From: an uncultured delta proteobacterium
GTDB lineage: Bacteria > Desulfobacterota > WTBG01 > CAIYCZ01
DNA length: 64,000 nucleotides
Assembly: GCA_963803975.1 (NCBI GenBank)
Contig: CAWDOY010000012.1
Coordinates: 8,486 to 72,485, forward strand
Reading direction: 5' to 3'
Under the pieces are notes generated by a model. That model was given only the letters and a program-made list of their open reading frames with translations. It searched no databases and was not told where the DNA came from. This document shows, piece after piece, positions 38,103-48,818 of the stretch (position 1 is the stretch's first letter; the number at the start of each line of letters is the position of its first letter). The position numbers and the translations under genes are program-made.

Positions 38103-39369
38103 TTACATGCCTCTGAATACGATGCAGCAGTTGGTGCCGCCGAATCCAAAGGCGTTTGAAAGCGCGATTTCATGGGACTGCCTTCGTGCCGTGTTCGGCA
38201 CAAAGTCAAGGCCGTCATACTGCGGATCATGCAGATAATTTATTGTCGGCAGCAGTATACCCTGCTGCATGGCTTCGATGGTCAGCGCCGCTTCAATGGC
38301 TGCGGTGGCGCCGAGGCTGTGGCCGAGCTGCGATTTATTTGATGATATGGGGATATTGGCAAGCCCATCCCCGAACACCGTTCGCAGGCACTCGATCTCA
38401 GCCGCATCCCCTGTTGGCGTCGATGTGCCATGGGCATTGATATAGGCAATATCGGCCGGTGTCAACCCGGCATCATCAATGGCCTCGACAATAGATCTGA
38501 TAACGGTTTTTTTATTGGGCCTGATGAAGTGGTGGGCATCCGATGTCCAGCCCACGCCCAGCACCTCTGCCTTGGACGTTAAGGCCATAGGCCGCGAGCA
38601 TTTCCTCTGCCGCAAGCACCAGCACGCCGCCGCCTTCGGAGAGCACAAAGCCCTTGCTGTCGATGCTGAAAGGCCGCGAGGCCTGGCCCGGGTCGGCAGA
38701 TGCCCGGTCGCGCTCGTTTATTTTGATGGTGGCGTTCATATTGGCAAAGCCCTGTATGATCTCGGGCATGAGCGGCATATCCACGCCGCCGGCCAGCACG
38801 AAATCGCAGTCGCCGTCGCGGATCATGCGAGCACCGATGCCGATGGCATGGTTGCCCGATGCGCAGGCACCCTGCGGTGAAAATATGGGGCCGGTGAATC
38901 CCAGCAGCATCCCCGCCTTGCCCGCAGGCACATTGGCGCAGAGGTTTGGCAGCAGGTAGGGGCTCACCCTCATGGGGCCCCGCTCTTTCAGGTTTTCAAC
39001 CGCCACGCGCATGGCGTCGGAGCCGTTGATGGCAGAGCCGATGAGGCATGCCGTGCGGGGGCCGGTCTCTTTATTCATCTCAAGGCCGGCGTTTTCCAGC
39101 GCCTCTTTGCACACAGCCATGGTGAGCATCACGAATGCGGCGTTCCAGTTGTAGACCTCCTTTTTGCTGGTAAAATCAAACCACTCGGGGTCCCAGCCCG
39201 GTATTTCACCCACCACATCGGCACTGGTCTTCACCGCGCAGCGGGTGACTTTGCAAAACCCGGCCTCGCCGTTCACCGCGCGCTGCCAGGTCCGGGCAAA
39301 GTCCAGCCCCAGCGGCGTCGCCGCTCCGTAGCCTATCACAAATACGCGTCTGTTCTTTGGTGCTTTCAT
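38103..39369 (-). CDS. fabF: Beta-ketoacyl-ACP synthase II; frameshift near 38578
   Basis: RRVFVIGYGAATPLG, QGACASG, ASRPFS; then in the second frame SDAHH, NAHGTST, KSQLGHSLGA, SNAFGFGG. Confidence 0.9.
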
Positions 39370-39409
39370 GAACCGGATTAATTTAAAGAATTTTTTTGTA
39401 AGCATCATA

Positions 39410-40673
39410 CTATGCCACGCGCCGCAGGACAATACAGGAATTGCACCCGCCGAAGCCAAAAGCATTTTTCAGCACATGCTCCTGCGCAAAGCTTCGCGCG
39501 CCTTCGGGCACGCAGTCAATCTCGATTTCCGGATCGGGCGTGTAATTGATGGTGGGCAGCAGCGTATCGCGCAGCATGCCCTCCATGGCAAATATCGTTT
39601 CAATGGCGCTTGAGGCGCCCATGGCATGGCCGGTCTGCGACTTGTTGGCGCTCACCGGCGGCACGCGATTGCCAAAGATCTCCGTAAGCGCATCGGCCTC
39701 GACCTTGTCGCCCACTTTGGTCGACGTGCCGTGGGCATTCACCGCGGCAATGTCAGCAGGCGCAAGGCCTGCATGCTCGATGCTCTGGCTGATGCAGCGC
39801 TTCACCGTGTCATAATTGGGCGCCACGAAATGATGGGCATCGGAGGTCATGGCCCAGCCTGCCATCTCGATTTTGGGCGCAAGGCCGTGGGCACGGGCAA
39901 AAGCCTTTGTGGCGATGATGACACAGCCCGCGCCTTCTGCCACCACAAATCCCCGGCGGTTTATTGAAAACGGACGGCTGGCATGTTCCGGCGGCTCATG
40001 CTCCTGCCCCTCCCGGGGATGGTAGGCGCCGTTCATGGTGGCAAATCCGCCGACAATGGGCTCGACCAGCGCAAAGTCAACCGCGCCGCAGATGACCACA
40101 TCAGCCATGCCCTGCTGCAGCATCATGGCGCCTGCTATCATGGATGTGCAGCCCGTGGCGCAGGCGGTTATGGTTGCCATGATGGGGCCGGTGGCGCCGG
40201 TCATAATGGACACTTTCCCCCCGACCATGTTGATGCAGGAGTTGGGGTTGGTGAAAGGATGGGGCAGCTTGTTCTTATCGTTCAAGAGCCTGTCGGCGCT
40301 GATGACCGCATCGAGGCCGCCCACAGCTGAGCTGAAGGTAATGCCCACGCGGGGAGCAAACTCAGGCGAGATAACGATGCCGCTTTTTTCAAGGGATCGG
40401 TGCACGGTCAAAAGACCGTATTTAAAGATGGGCGAGGTAAAGAGGGCCATATCGCGGGAGGCAAAATAGGGATAGGCCGAGAGATCAACTTCAGGCACCT
40501 GGCCTGCAATGGTCACGGGAAAGTTTTCACGAAGGGGAAAGCGCGTGAGGGGCCCGATGCCGCTTTGGCCCGCGCAGGCCCGCTGCCACTGCGCGGCAAG
40601 ATCGGTCCCGAGCGGAGAGACGGCATCGTAGCCGAGTATGACCGGGAGGCTTTCGCCTGCGGGCGGTTGACAT
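39410..40673 (-). CDS. fabF: Beta-ketoacyl-ACP synthase II; 1-nt indel just after the ATG at 40673
   Basis: The frame upstream of the ORF-track start is open (PVILGYDAVSPLG..GQSGIG); ITACATG, NAHGTST, KSQTGHAMGA, NAFGFGG. Confidence 0.9.
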
Positions 40674-40678
40674 ATGTC

Positions 40679-41677
40679 TCACCAGGGAATGAAGCGGTAG
40701 AGCTTGGCAAACATCTCGTACACCTCGATCCAGTTCTTGAGATCTTCAGCGCTCTTGAGATGCTCTTTCTTGTTGACCATGACCCAGCTCATGTGCGCCG
40801 CGCCGTCTTTGCAGGTTGAGCAGTCGCGCGTAGCTGATGTGCAGCAGCGGTGCATGGTCTTTAAGTCAGCGGCCCAGCGGATGAAGTGAATCAGGCGCTT
40901 TGGCTGCGGGTTGCGCGTGTCCACGGGTTCGGTCACCGAGGGGCATTCCATCCAGCCGAAGGGGCGGCCCATCATCATGCCCGTGGTGATGATCTGGTGA
41001 TAGTATTTGCAGGAAATGAGCGTTTCGGGATAGGTATCAAGCAGGCCATCCATCTCGGCGCGCACATCTTTGAGCTGCTGTTCATTCCACGAAAACCCGT
41101 CAACCTCCTCGTCATTTGACAGAAGCTGCAAATGCACTTTCAGCCCGACGTCTTGTATCTTTTTCACCATGCGCTCGATGCGGCCCACCTGTTTAGGGGT
41201 GATGGTGTAGAGATAGTAGGTATAGGGGTCGCCCGCATAATTGCGGCTTGAAACGGCAAAGGTATCTTTGCCGCGAAGAATTTTTTCATCCTCCTCATCG
41301 CCCCAGAGCGATATGCCCACCATCATGTCAGGAAACCGGTCGCGGGGCACCTTGATCTGGCCGTTGGTGGCGCAGTAGGTGGGCAGGCGCTGGTAGAAGG
41401 CATCGATGCGGTCCATGTAGAGCGTGGGCTCGCCGCCGATGAGAATGGCAAGGTTGACGCCGCGCTCTTTTTCCCGCTCCACGAAGGCCTCCCAGGCCGC
41501 AATGTCCATCTCCTCGGGCGCTGCCTGATCTTCATCGGATGAAAAAAAGAAGCAGCCCGTGCACCGCAGGTTGCAGCGGTTGGTCACATCGTAGATGGAG
41601 CTGCGGATATTGAGGCTTGATATGCGCTTGTAGCGTTCATACCAGGCCTTGTCGAGCATTGAGCTTATGAGTTGCAT
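40679..41677 (-). CDS. Radical SAM protein with Cys-rich C-terminus
   Basis: YDVTNRCNLRCTGCFF, LIGGEPTL, ATNG, ECPS..RCCTSATRDCSTC. ATG at 41677 is preferred over 41740. Confidence 0.9.
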   Translation of the reverse strand: MQLISSMLDKAWYERYKRISSLNIRSSIYDVTNRCNLRCTGCFFFSSDEDQAAPEEMDIAAWEAFVEREKERGVNLAILIGGEPTLYMDRIDAFYQRLPTYCATNGQIKVPRDRFPDMMVGISLWGDEEDEKILRGKDTFAVSSRNYAGDPYTYYLYTITPKQVGRIERMVKKIQDVGLKVHLQLLSNDEEVDGFSWNEQQLKDVRAEMDGLLDTYPETLISCKYYHQIITTGMMMGRPFGWMECPSVTEPVDTRNPQPKRLIHFIRWAADLKTMHRCCTSATRDCSTCKDGAAHMSWVMVNKKEHLKSAEDLKNWIEVYEMFAKLYRFIPW

Positions 41678-41727
41678 AGGTTCATAGAATGCGGGTGCGC
41701 ACAGCGCACCCGACGCCTCAAATATAT

Positions 41728-42802
41728 TTATGCCCCGCAACCTTGCGGCGGATCAACAGGCCCGCGGCAGAGGTTCTCCCCTTTTTCATACCCCGTGACC
41801 CAGACCGCCAGATAGGTGTCCACATAATCAAGCCATGCCTTGAACGTGTCCGGGTCGGTGGCATGGCGGTAAAGCTTTGAGGTCACCACGGCGCTGCCGG
41901 CAGCATAGTGCCTGCAATCAACGCAGTCCGTATCAGGCACACAGCAGGAGGCAGCGCGGTCCCAGGTGAGATCGGAGCGGTACTGCCGGAACGAGCGGCC
42001 AAGGCCGATATCGGTCGACGGGTTCATGCGCGGGTACGGGCATGCAGTAGAGCGCATGCAGCCCGAGCTTGTGCGTATGGGCTACAGCGCTGTAGGGCGA
42101 AAAGAGCACCTGCCGGGGATAGCGCTCAAGAAGTTCAAGCATTGTCTCCCGCGTCCGTGCAAGGGTTTCCTCCGTGTGCCGCAAGAGGCCATCATATGCC
42201 TCGGGTGCTGAAAACATATTAAATGTCACCTTGCAGCCATTGGCGCTCAGCTGCTCAATCACCGGGGCCGCCTCGTCGATATTGTCGCGCGTAAAGGTAT
42301 AGACAAACACGGCCCGGCTGTCGCCCCGGTAATTATCTATCTGTTTTTCAAGCATATGCTTCTGCTTGCGCACCCGCAGGCTGGTGGCGTCATTGCCCCA
42401 GACCGACACGTGAATCTTGTAACCAACGGATGCCTCGATGCGCTTTACACCATTGGTGGCGATGCAGCCAAGCGGTATCTCATCATAGCAGGCCTGCAAA
42501 AGCCCGGGCACAAGGGCAGGCTCGGCGCCGGCCAGCACCACGAAGGTGATGCCACGGGCTTTTTCCTGCCGCATCAGTTCGCGCCACACCGTCGGGTCTG
42601 CGTTGTCAATGGCAAACTGCTTGTCGCCGGCATAGTAGTAGCAGCCGTCGCAGCGTATATTGCAGCGGTTTGTCATGTCATAGGTCGATTCGCGCAGGAA
42701 GAAATAGTTGCGTACCTGCTCCCAGCGCTTGCGAACCGCAGGCTCGGCAAGCAGGTCGGCAAATCTGTATTTCGGGGTCGAGGAGGGCTGTGCAGCGCTC
42801 AT
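41728..42802 (-). CDS. Radical SAM protein, paralog of 40679-41677; frameshift near 42047
   Basis: YDMTNRCNIRCDGCYY, LAGAEPAL, IATNG; second frame CPYP..SCCVPDTDCVDC. Confidence 0.88.
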
Positions 42803-42816
42803 AATGCGATCACGTA

Positions 42817-43089
42817 TCAGGCTTTTGCCTGAAGCCGCTCCTGGATGTAGGCTGCTATCAGGCGTATGGCGCGCAGTTTGGGGTAGTCGTCCTCATCGAT
42901 TTTGATGCCGTACTCATCCTGCAGCACCAGCACGATGGTGGCAAGGTCCATGCTGTCGATGCCGATTTCATCCACAAGATCAAGATCAGGATCAAACGTT
43001 TCCGCCGTGATATCCTGCAGCTTCAGCTCGGTGATTATGATTTGCGCGACACGCAGTTGAAGCTCCTTTTCATTAATACCAGCAGACAT
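42817..43089 (-). CDS. Acyl carrier protein
   Basis: IGIDSMDLATI; RBS GGAGG. Confidence 0.92.
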   Translation of the reverse strand: MSAGINEKELQLRVAQIIITELKLQDITAETFDPDLDLVDEIGIDSMDLATIVLVLQDEYGIKIDEDDYPKLRAIRLIAAYIQERLQAKA

Positions 43090-43128
43090 TCAACCTCCTT
43101 TATTAGCAAACAGTGGTCTTATGTAACA

Positions 43129-43504
43129 TTATTCAGCAAGCCGCTCGACAGTAAGCGTGCCGGTGCAGGCCGCCTCGCCGCCCAGCAGAATCGTGAAATT
43201 GTAGGCAGATACCGCTTTCTTTCTGTTCGCGCTTTAGCGCCAGTGTAAAGGGTTCCTCAGGCCTGACAGGCTTTTTAAACCGTACCCGCTTCACAGCCTT
43301 CAGCCGTATGCGCTTTCCCTCGTGCGCTTCTTTCTGCCGCGCAGCATCAAAGGCCATGGCGATCATGGCAATGCCGGGCAGTATCGGCTGACCGGGGAAA
43401 TGCCCGTCAAACCAGGGGGAGCCCCACGGCGCAGTTGCGAGAGCCTCCAGCCGGTCAGGCTCATCGTTGGAACCACATTCAAGCGTATGCCATTTGGAAA
43501 GCAT
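43129..43504 (-). CDS. FabA/FabZ-like dehydratase (ApeI-like); frameshift near 43207
   Basis: SPWFDGHFPGQPILPGIA, VRFKKPVRP; corrected C-terminus AYNFTILLGGEAACTGTL. Confidence 0.85.
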
Positions 43505-43722
43505 ATATCTTAACAAAATCTGACCTGATAGGGCAGATCATTCAGTGACTGTGTTCTTAATTATTAATAAAATGTATATGAATCGACCGTGTAGAGCCTG
43601 TGTCATCCTTCAAAGGATCACCTGTGCTGTTGCAAAACAATCATTAGGTGTGCGCAAGTATATGAAAAAACATGCGCACAGTCAATTGAATTGCTGTCAG
43701 ACGCTCGATTTACGAAGCTTTT

Positions 43723-44543
43723 TCAGCCAGCCGGCTGCATGACGGGCCTGCCGATCAGTTGTTCAAGCGACACCGGCGCAAGATTTTTTTCTGCAAGCCC
43801 TGCAAGAAGCGCTTCGATCTCCTGCAGCCACATATCGACGGAGGCAGTCTCCATTTGGCATACAGTCATGCAGCAGGATAATATCATCAGGCCGGACTTT
43901 TTTCAGTATCCTTTCAGCCAAGCCCTCGAAGCGGCGATTGCCGGCGTCAAAGCCGCGGCAGCTGAAGGTGACACAATGCAAGCCCTGTTGTTTTAAAATG
44001 CCTCCCAGCTTCGGATTGGTGATTCCTGCGGGCGGCCGGAAAACAAGCGGCCGTATTCCAAAGGCGCTTATGGCCTCCTGGGCCATGCGGATTTCCGACG
44101 CAATGTGTCTGCCGGGACCGCAGCATTAACAGCACGTCATGGCAATAGGAATGATTGCCCACATCATGGCCTCTGGCGATAATCTCCCGCATAAGATCCG
44201 GATGGCCCTGCGCTTTTTCCCCGATGACGAAAAAGGTCGCTTTCGCCTTGTTTTTCTCCAGCAGTTCCAGAATCCGGGGGGTTGCGGCAGGATCAGGACC
44301 GTCATCAAATGTCAGGGCAACCATAGTGCCGCCCGTACATCCGCGGCTGATGACCGGCAAAAAGAATCCAGCCTGCGGGAAAAACGGCGCGGCCAGATAG
44401 CACGCAACAAAGATACCCAGCGGCAGCACCCAGAGCCACTCATTGACCATTGCCAGAACTATTGCCGCACCGGCGCACAGCAGGGCGATTTTCACGACCG
44501 GCAGCAGTGAAGATGAAGAAGGGGCTGATTTTTGCATATCCAT
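43723..44543 (-). CDS. Membrane-anchored polysaccharide deacetylase (CE4/NodB); frameshifts near 44100 and 43846
   Basis: ALTFDDGP, ATFFVIG, GNHSYCH; then FRPPAG, IILLHD; then WLQEIEALL..PVSLEQL. Confidence 0.88.
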
Positions 44544-46717
44544 TAACCCAGGATCTCCACAGCGGTTATGCACTGGCCCAGCCCCAGCAGCAAAATTCCC
44601 CGGCCGTGCAGGGATCCCGGCGCTGCACGGCACAGCCCTGCGGGCAACTCTCCCGCCCTGACACAGTCAACTGCTATGACGGCTGCCACAGCCGATGCGG
44701 AGGCGAACTCGCCGGTAATTTCCCGGTAATCGATAACCGGGCAGTCGCAGCCCGCGGCGTTTATAAAAAGCGCAAGCTGCTCCCTGCCCTTGTCGCGCGA
44801 GGCAGCCGGAATGCCTGCAAAGACAGCCCCGTACTTTTTGCTGATATTTTCAGACCCGCCCAGCACCAGCATGAGGTGTTGCATCGTCCGGTCACTGCAG
44901 GGATCATTGGAAATAAAAAGCGGCGCGATGCGAACTCCCCTTGCCGCATCAATTGGCTGAAGCAGCAGGCCGCAACCGCCGTCGGAGGCAATCGAGGCGC
45001 AGGCCGCGGAGGCGTCAAACAGCGGGGTCAATTTTTCATGGTATTCATCGGCGCCGATGACCATGGTCGTACCCGGGGCCTCATGGGCGATTAATCCTGC
45101 GCTGAAAAGCGCCTGTTCAAATGAATAATCGCCATCGGTCAGGGTAATGTTCGGGCCCTTTGCCTGAAAGTGGATTGCCACCTGCCCTGCGGGGGCATTA
45201 TGCACGGAGCCGATAAAATCAATGGGGCTGGTGAAACGCTCTTCCGTTGAAAAAAGCCGCGAAAGAAAATCATGTGTTTCAGACAGCCCTCCCCAGCCGG
45301 TGCCAAAAAAAACTGAAGCTGGCGGTTCTGCACAGCCTGAGCTGCCGTGGGCGGCAATAGCCAGAGATAAAGCCATGCGCGGCAGCCGCTTGAGCCGCCG
45401 CACGGCACTTTCATTGAGACCCGCCATAATAGCCTTCGCCGGGGCCATGCCGCTGATGCCTGCCCCCTCACGCAGACCTGCAAGCGTCTGCGCAAAATTG
45501 CCTGCGCCGGTGAGGCAGGAGCTGCCCAGAACGGCAAAGGCGGTGCTGCGGCTTTTGGTTTGCACGGGTACGCCGGTTGCGGCGGGTTTGCTGAGCACGA
45601 TTGATGCATTGTTGCCGCCAAAGCCGAAAGCATTGGAAAGCACTGTCGATACAGGCCTGCGAAGCGGCGAGCTGAGCGGGATCAGCTGCAGCGCAGGATC
45701 AGGCAGGCAGCATCCGGTGTTTGCCGGCAGTATGCCATGGACAATACTTAAAACGGAAATGGCCGCATTGATCGCGCCTGCTGCGCCCAGTGTATGCCCC
45801 ACCGCGCCCTTGATGGATGATGCGGGCGGAAGCGGCATAGTACGGAAAAGGGCCTGCAGCGCCCGGGCCTCAGCCGCATCATTGTCAGGTGTTCCCGTGC
45901 CGTGCAGATTTATATAATCAATATCTGAGGCTGCGCAGCCTGCACCGGCAAGAGCCTCGCGCATGGCTTGCACTGCCCCTGCACCGTCAGGATGGGGCGC
46001 GGCCGGGTGATAGGCATCACAGGTCAGTCCGACAGCCAGCACCTCGGCCAGTGCCCCTGCAGGGGGATCAGTCGCAGCCTCTAAAAGAAGCATGGCAGCC
46101 CCCTCCCCGACCGACATGCCGCGTCGATCCTTGTCAAAGGGGCGGGCGCCTGCCGGATCGACAAGCTGCAGAGAGTTGAATCCGTAGTAGGTTAAGCGGC
46201 ACAGGCCGTCCACGCCTCCGGCAAGCACGCGCCGGGCTTTGCCGCTTTTCAAAAGCTCCAAAGCTATTTTTAAGGCCACCATGCCGGATGAGCAGGCAGT
46301 CGATACGGTCAGCACCGGGCCGTGGCACCCAAGAGCGCCAGCCAGGTAGTGGGCCACGGTGCCAGTGCCATGATAGCGAAACTTCTCTGGATCAGGAGCA
46401 TTGTTTTTTAAAAAAAGTTCGCTTGCAGGCATGCCGCCGGTGGTGACCCCTATGACCATGGCATCCGGAGGGCCATGGGAAACGGCCATCGCCTCACGCG
46501 CTGCAATAAGCGCAAGGCCGTGGGTTCGCGGAACAGTGCCGGGGATGAAGGATGTGACTTCACCTGATGGCAGAGGGGGCTCGACTGATGAGGGAAAAAG
46601 AGCAAGCGGCGCAAGTCCGCATGCCGCTGTTTCAAGAGCTGCAATGGTTTGAGAAGCGTTTTCGCCGATGGGGCTTATGATCCCCAGCGAGGTAACAAAA
46701 ACCCGCATGCTGCTCAA
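44543..46717 (-). CDS. Ketosynthase fused to a chain-length-factor-like KS domain
   Basis: N-half: STACSSG, NLHGTGT, KGAVGHTLGAAG, SNAFGFGG. C-half: RRLKRLPRMAL, GTGWG, SPIDFIGSVHNAPAG, with no catalytic Cys (TDGDYSFEQAL). Confidence 0.9.
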   Translation of the reverse strand: MSSMRVFVTSLGIISPIGENASQTIAALETAACGLAPLALFPSSVEPPLPSGEVTSFIPGTVPRTHGLALIAAREAMAVSHGPPDAMVIGVTTGGMPASELFLKNNAPDPEKFRYHGTGTVAHYLAGALGCHGPVLTVSTACSSGMVALKIALELLKSGKARRVLAGGVDGLCRLTYYGFNSLQLVDPAGARPFDKDRRGMSVGEGAAMLLLEAATDPPAGALAEVLAVGLTCDAYHPAAPHPDGAGAVQAMREALAGAGCAASDIDYINLHGTGTPDNDAAEARALQALFRTMPLPPASSIKGAVGHTLGAAGAINAAISVLSIVHGILPANTGCCLPDPALQLIPLSSPLRRPVSTVLSNAFGFGGNNASIVLSKPAATGVPVQTKSRSTAFAVLGSSCLTGAGNFAQTLAGLREGAGISGMAPAKAIMAGLNESAVRRLKRLPRMALSLAIAAHGSSGCAEPPASVFFGTGWGGLSETHDFLSRLFSTEERFTSPIDFIGSVHNAPAGQVAIHFQAKGPNITLTDGDYSFEQALFSAGLIAHEAPGTTMVIGADEYHEKLTPLFDASAACASIASDGGCGLLLQPIDAARGVRIAPLFISNDPCSDRTMQHLMLVLGGSENISKKYGAVFAGIPAASRDKGREQLALFINAAGCDCPVIDYREITGEFASASAVAAVIAVDCVRAGELPAGLCRAAPGSLHGRGILLLGLGQCITAVEILG

Positions 46718-46995
46718 GGGCTCGTCTCCGGCCGGTTCTGGTGTATATATTCCGCCAGGGCTTTCAGTGAGGCAAAGACCCTGATGCCAAGCTCCTTGTT
46801 GTCGATCCGAAGTCCATAATCCTTTTCGATCATCATCACCAGCTCAAGCACATCTATGGAGTCAAGCCCCAGCTCGCCGCCCACAAGCCGGGCTTCGGCA
46901 TCGATACTGTCGGGGGCGACGCTTATGAGATTGAGCGTAGCGACTATTTTGACTTTGAGTTCGCCTATGAGTTCTTCCATTGCGCCTTCCATCAT
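46714..46995 (-). CDS. Acyl carrier protein
   Basis: LGLDSIDVLEL. Confidence 0.93.
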   Translation of the reverse strand: MMEGAMEELIGELKVKIVATLNLISVAPDSIDAEARLVGGELGLDSIDVLELVMMIEKDYGLRIDNKELGIRVFASLKALAEYIHQNRPETSP

Positions 46996-46999
46996 CGCA

Positions 47000-47395
47000 T
47001 CACTCGACTTTCACAACATCTGCCGGCCGCTGCGGTCCTCCGGCAGATAGCTTTTCACATGCTTTTTTAATCGACCATTTCATGAATATCGTGGCGTAAT
47101 CCTTTCCTACAATATACATCCCCACCAGAAAAACCACATGTGCAGTTCCATACGTAAGCGGCCCGCCGATGATAAGGACCAGGGGCTGCTTGAGATACAG
47201 GGAGAGAAAGCCGAAGAAGGCAACCGCCGGCCAGCCGATGACATAGCTGAACAGCACCAGTACAATACCGAACTGCTCACGGGCCGTGGGCTTCCGCTTC
47301 AGACAGCGCAGGTCAAGCTCCTCCTGCAGAATGCGCTGAAAAAACTGCTTCTGTACAAGATTTTTCCGGCAATTTTGAACCAGCTTTTTAATCAC
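47000..47395 (-). CDS. Small membrane protein of unknown function
   Basis: Two hydrophobic segments; co-oriented first gene of the operon. Confidence 0.6.
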   Translation of the reverse strand: MIKKLVQNCRKNLVQKQFFQRILQEELDLRCLKRKPTAREQFGIVLVLFSYVIGWPAVAFFGFLSLYLKQPLVLIIGGPLTYGTAHVVFLVGMYIVGKDYATIFMKWSIKKACEKLSAGGPQRPADVVKVE

Positions 47396-47602
47396 GCCTT
47401 ACAACGCCCTGCGTTCATGTTTCCGCTTGTCGTCACACTATAGACAAAAAGATCGCCACTGTCAACACGGCAGCGTCTTCAGGACTTTCCCCAAAATTTA
47501 TAGTGCTGTCATTACGAGAGCGGACGCAAAATCGGATGTACGACAAAAGAAAAATGCGTGGGGTATGCGGGGAAGCAAAAGAATAAAACAGGGAGCCGGG
47601 AG

Positions 47603-48796
47603 TTACCCCTTTGCGGTCATGAAAGCGTCGACTATCACGTCGATTTCCGCCACCAGGCGCGCCGCTTCGTCGCGATCGTAGCGCACAGCGCGCTCGGCAT
47701 AGCGATGGCAGTAGCGACAGTCATCGCAGAAGGTCTCCGCGCATTGGATTTCCCGGAAACCCTCTAAAAAATCCGCAAGCATTGCGTTGTCGATGAAGAC
47801 GTTGAGTGCCAGCAGGCGCTGCCGCAACCTGAACATTCGCAGTGTCAGGCGCCGCTCTTCCGTGTCGAGCTGGAACAGGCTTTTGCGGCTCTGCTCCTCG
47901 ATGCTTGGGTGGAATCCGTTAGGATCTCCCAGCAGCTCGAGGGAGAGAATATCAAGCAGGTTTCCGTCGTAACGCCGGGAAGCGTATGCCTTTGTGGCAC
48001 GCAAGAGCCATGCTGTCGAGCGCGATCGATCAATGATCTTAAACTCCTCGACACCCAGGGCCTCGTACAGGTGTAAGTCCTCTGGACGGATCCACCGGCT
48101 CGCGAGGAAGAGCTCTGGCTGCACCAATCGCCGGCGGGTACACTGCCATAGGTAAGAATCAAGCAGGGCGTGCGTTTGTTTGCCGCCCTGATTCTCCTGG
48201 GAGGCGTGCCCCACGCTGCATGCGTGCTCGGCGAGGTAATGGCAATGATAGATGCATGATATGTTCGCGAAGAGCACGATGCCGCACGAGAGGTTTGCGC
48301 GGATGCGCTCAAGCGCTGGGAAGTCACGGTTAAACTCACTGTATGGCAGGATCAGCGGATCGACGCCAAGGGATTCCTGGTACTTCAGTCTGGGCAGATT
48401 GGTGGGCCAACTGAGCACACTTCCCCGGATGCTCAATTCCGGGTAGTTGCGCCGAACCAGCGCCACAAGCGCTAAGTTCGAGATCGACACGTTGTCAACC
48501 CCAAGTTCAACTAACCGCCCGATAAACGCGAGCAGGCGCTCTTTGCCCTCCTGCGTCTGCTCAAGATTTCCCAGGCACGGTGCATTGAGCAGGTAACTGA
48601 ACGACAAGCCACGCTTGTGGGCTGCCTGGATGTAAGCGGCGGCGGCATCAAGGTCCACTGAAGGCAGCACGGAGCCCGCCCTGCCTCCACCCACGAGGTC
48701 ATAGGGCAGCTTTGCATAGACCGAAGTCACCTCGGGAATTTGCGCGAGTCCGTCAAGAAGTTCGATGTCCCAATTCGCAGCAACGCTCAATTTCAT
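47603..48796 (-). CDS. Peptidase U32 family protein (Fe-S, UbiU/V/RlhA-like superfamily)
   Basis: GGGR, SYLLNAPCLGN, FNRDF, ANISCIYHC, WQC, WIRPEDL, FKIIDR; C-terminal CAETFCDDCRYC. Confidence 0.85.
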   Translation of the reverse strand: MKLSVAANWDIELLDGLAQIPEVTSVYAKLPYDLVGGGRAGSVLPSVDLDAAAAYIQAAHKRGLSFSYLLNAPCLGNLEQTQEGKERLLAFIGRLVELGVDNVSISNLALVALVRRNYPELSIRGSVLSWPTNLPRLKYQESLGVDPLILPYSEFNRDFPALERIRANLSCGIVLFANISCIYHCHYLAEHACSVGHASQENQGGKQTHALLDSYLWQCTRRRLVQPELFLASRWIRPEDLHLYEALGVEEFKIIDRSRSTAWLLRATKAYASRRYDGNLLDILSLELLGDPNGFHPSIEEQSRKSLFQLDTEERRLTLRMFRLRQRLLALNVFIDNAMLADFLEGFREIQCAETFCDDCRYCHRYAERAVRYDRDEAARLVAEIDVIVDAFMTAKG

Positions 48797-48818
48797 GGCC
48801 GTTCTCCAGAAGCGCGGA

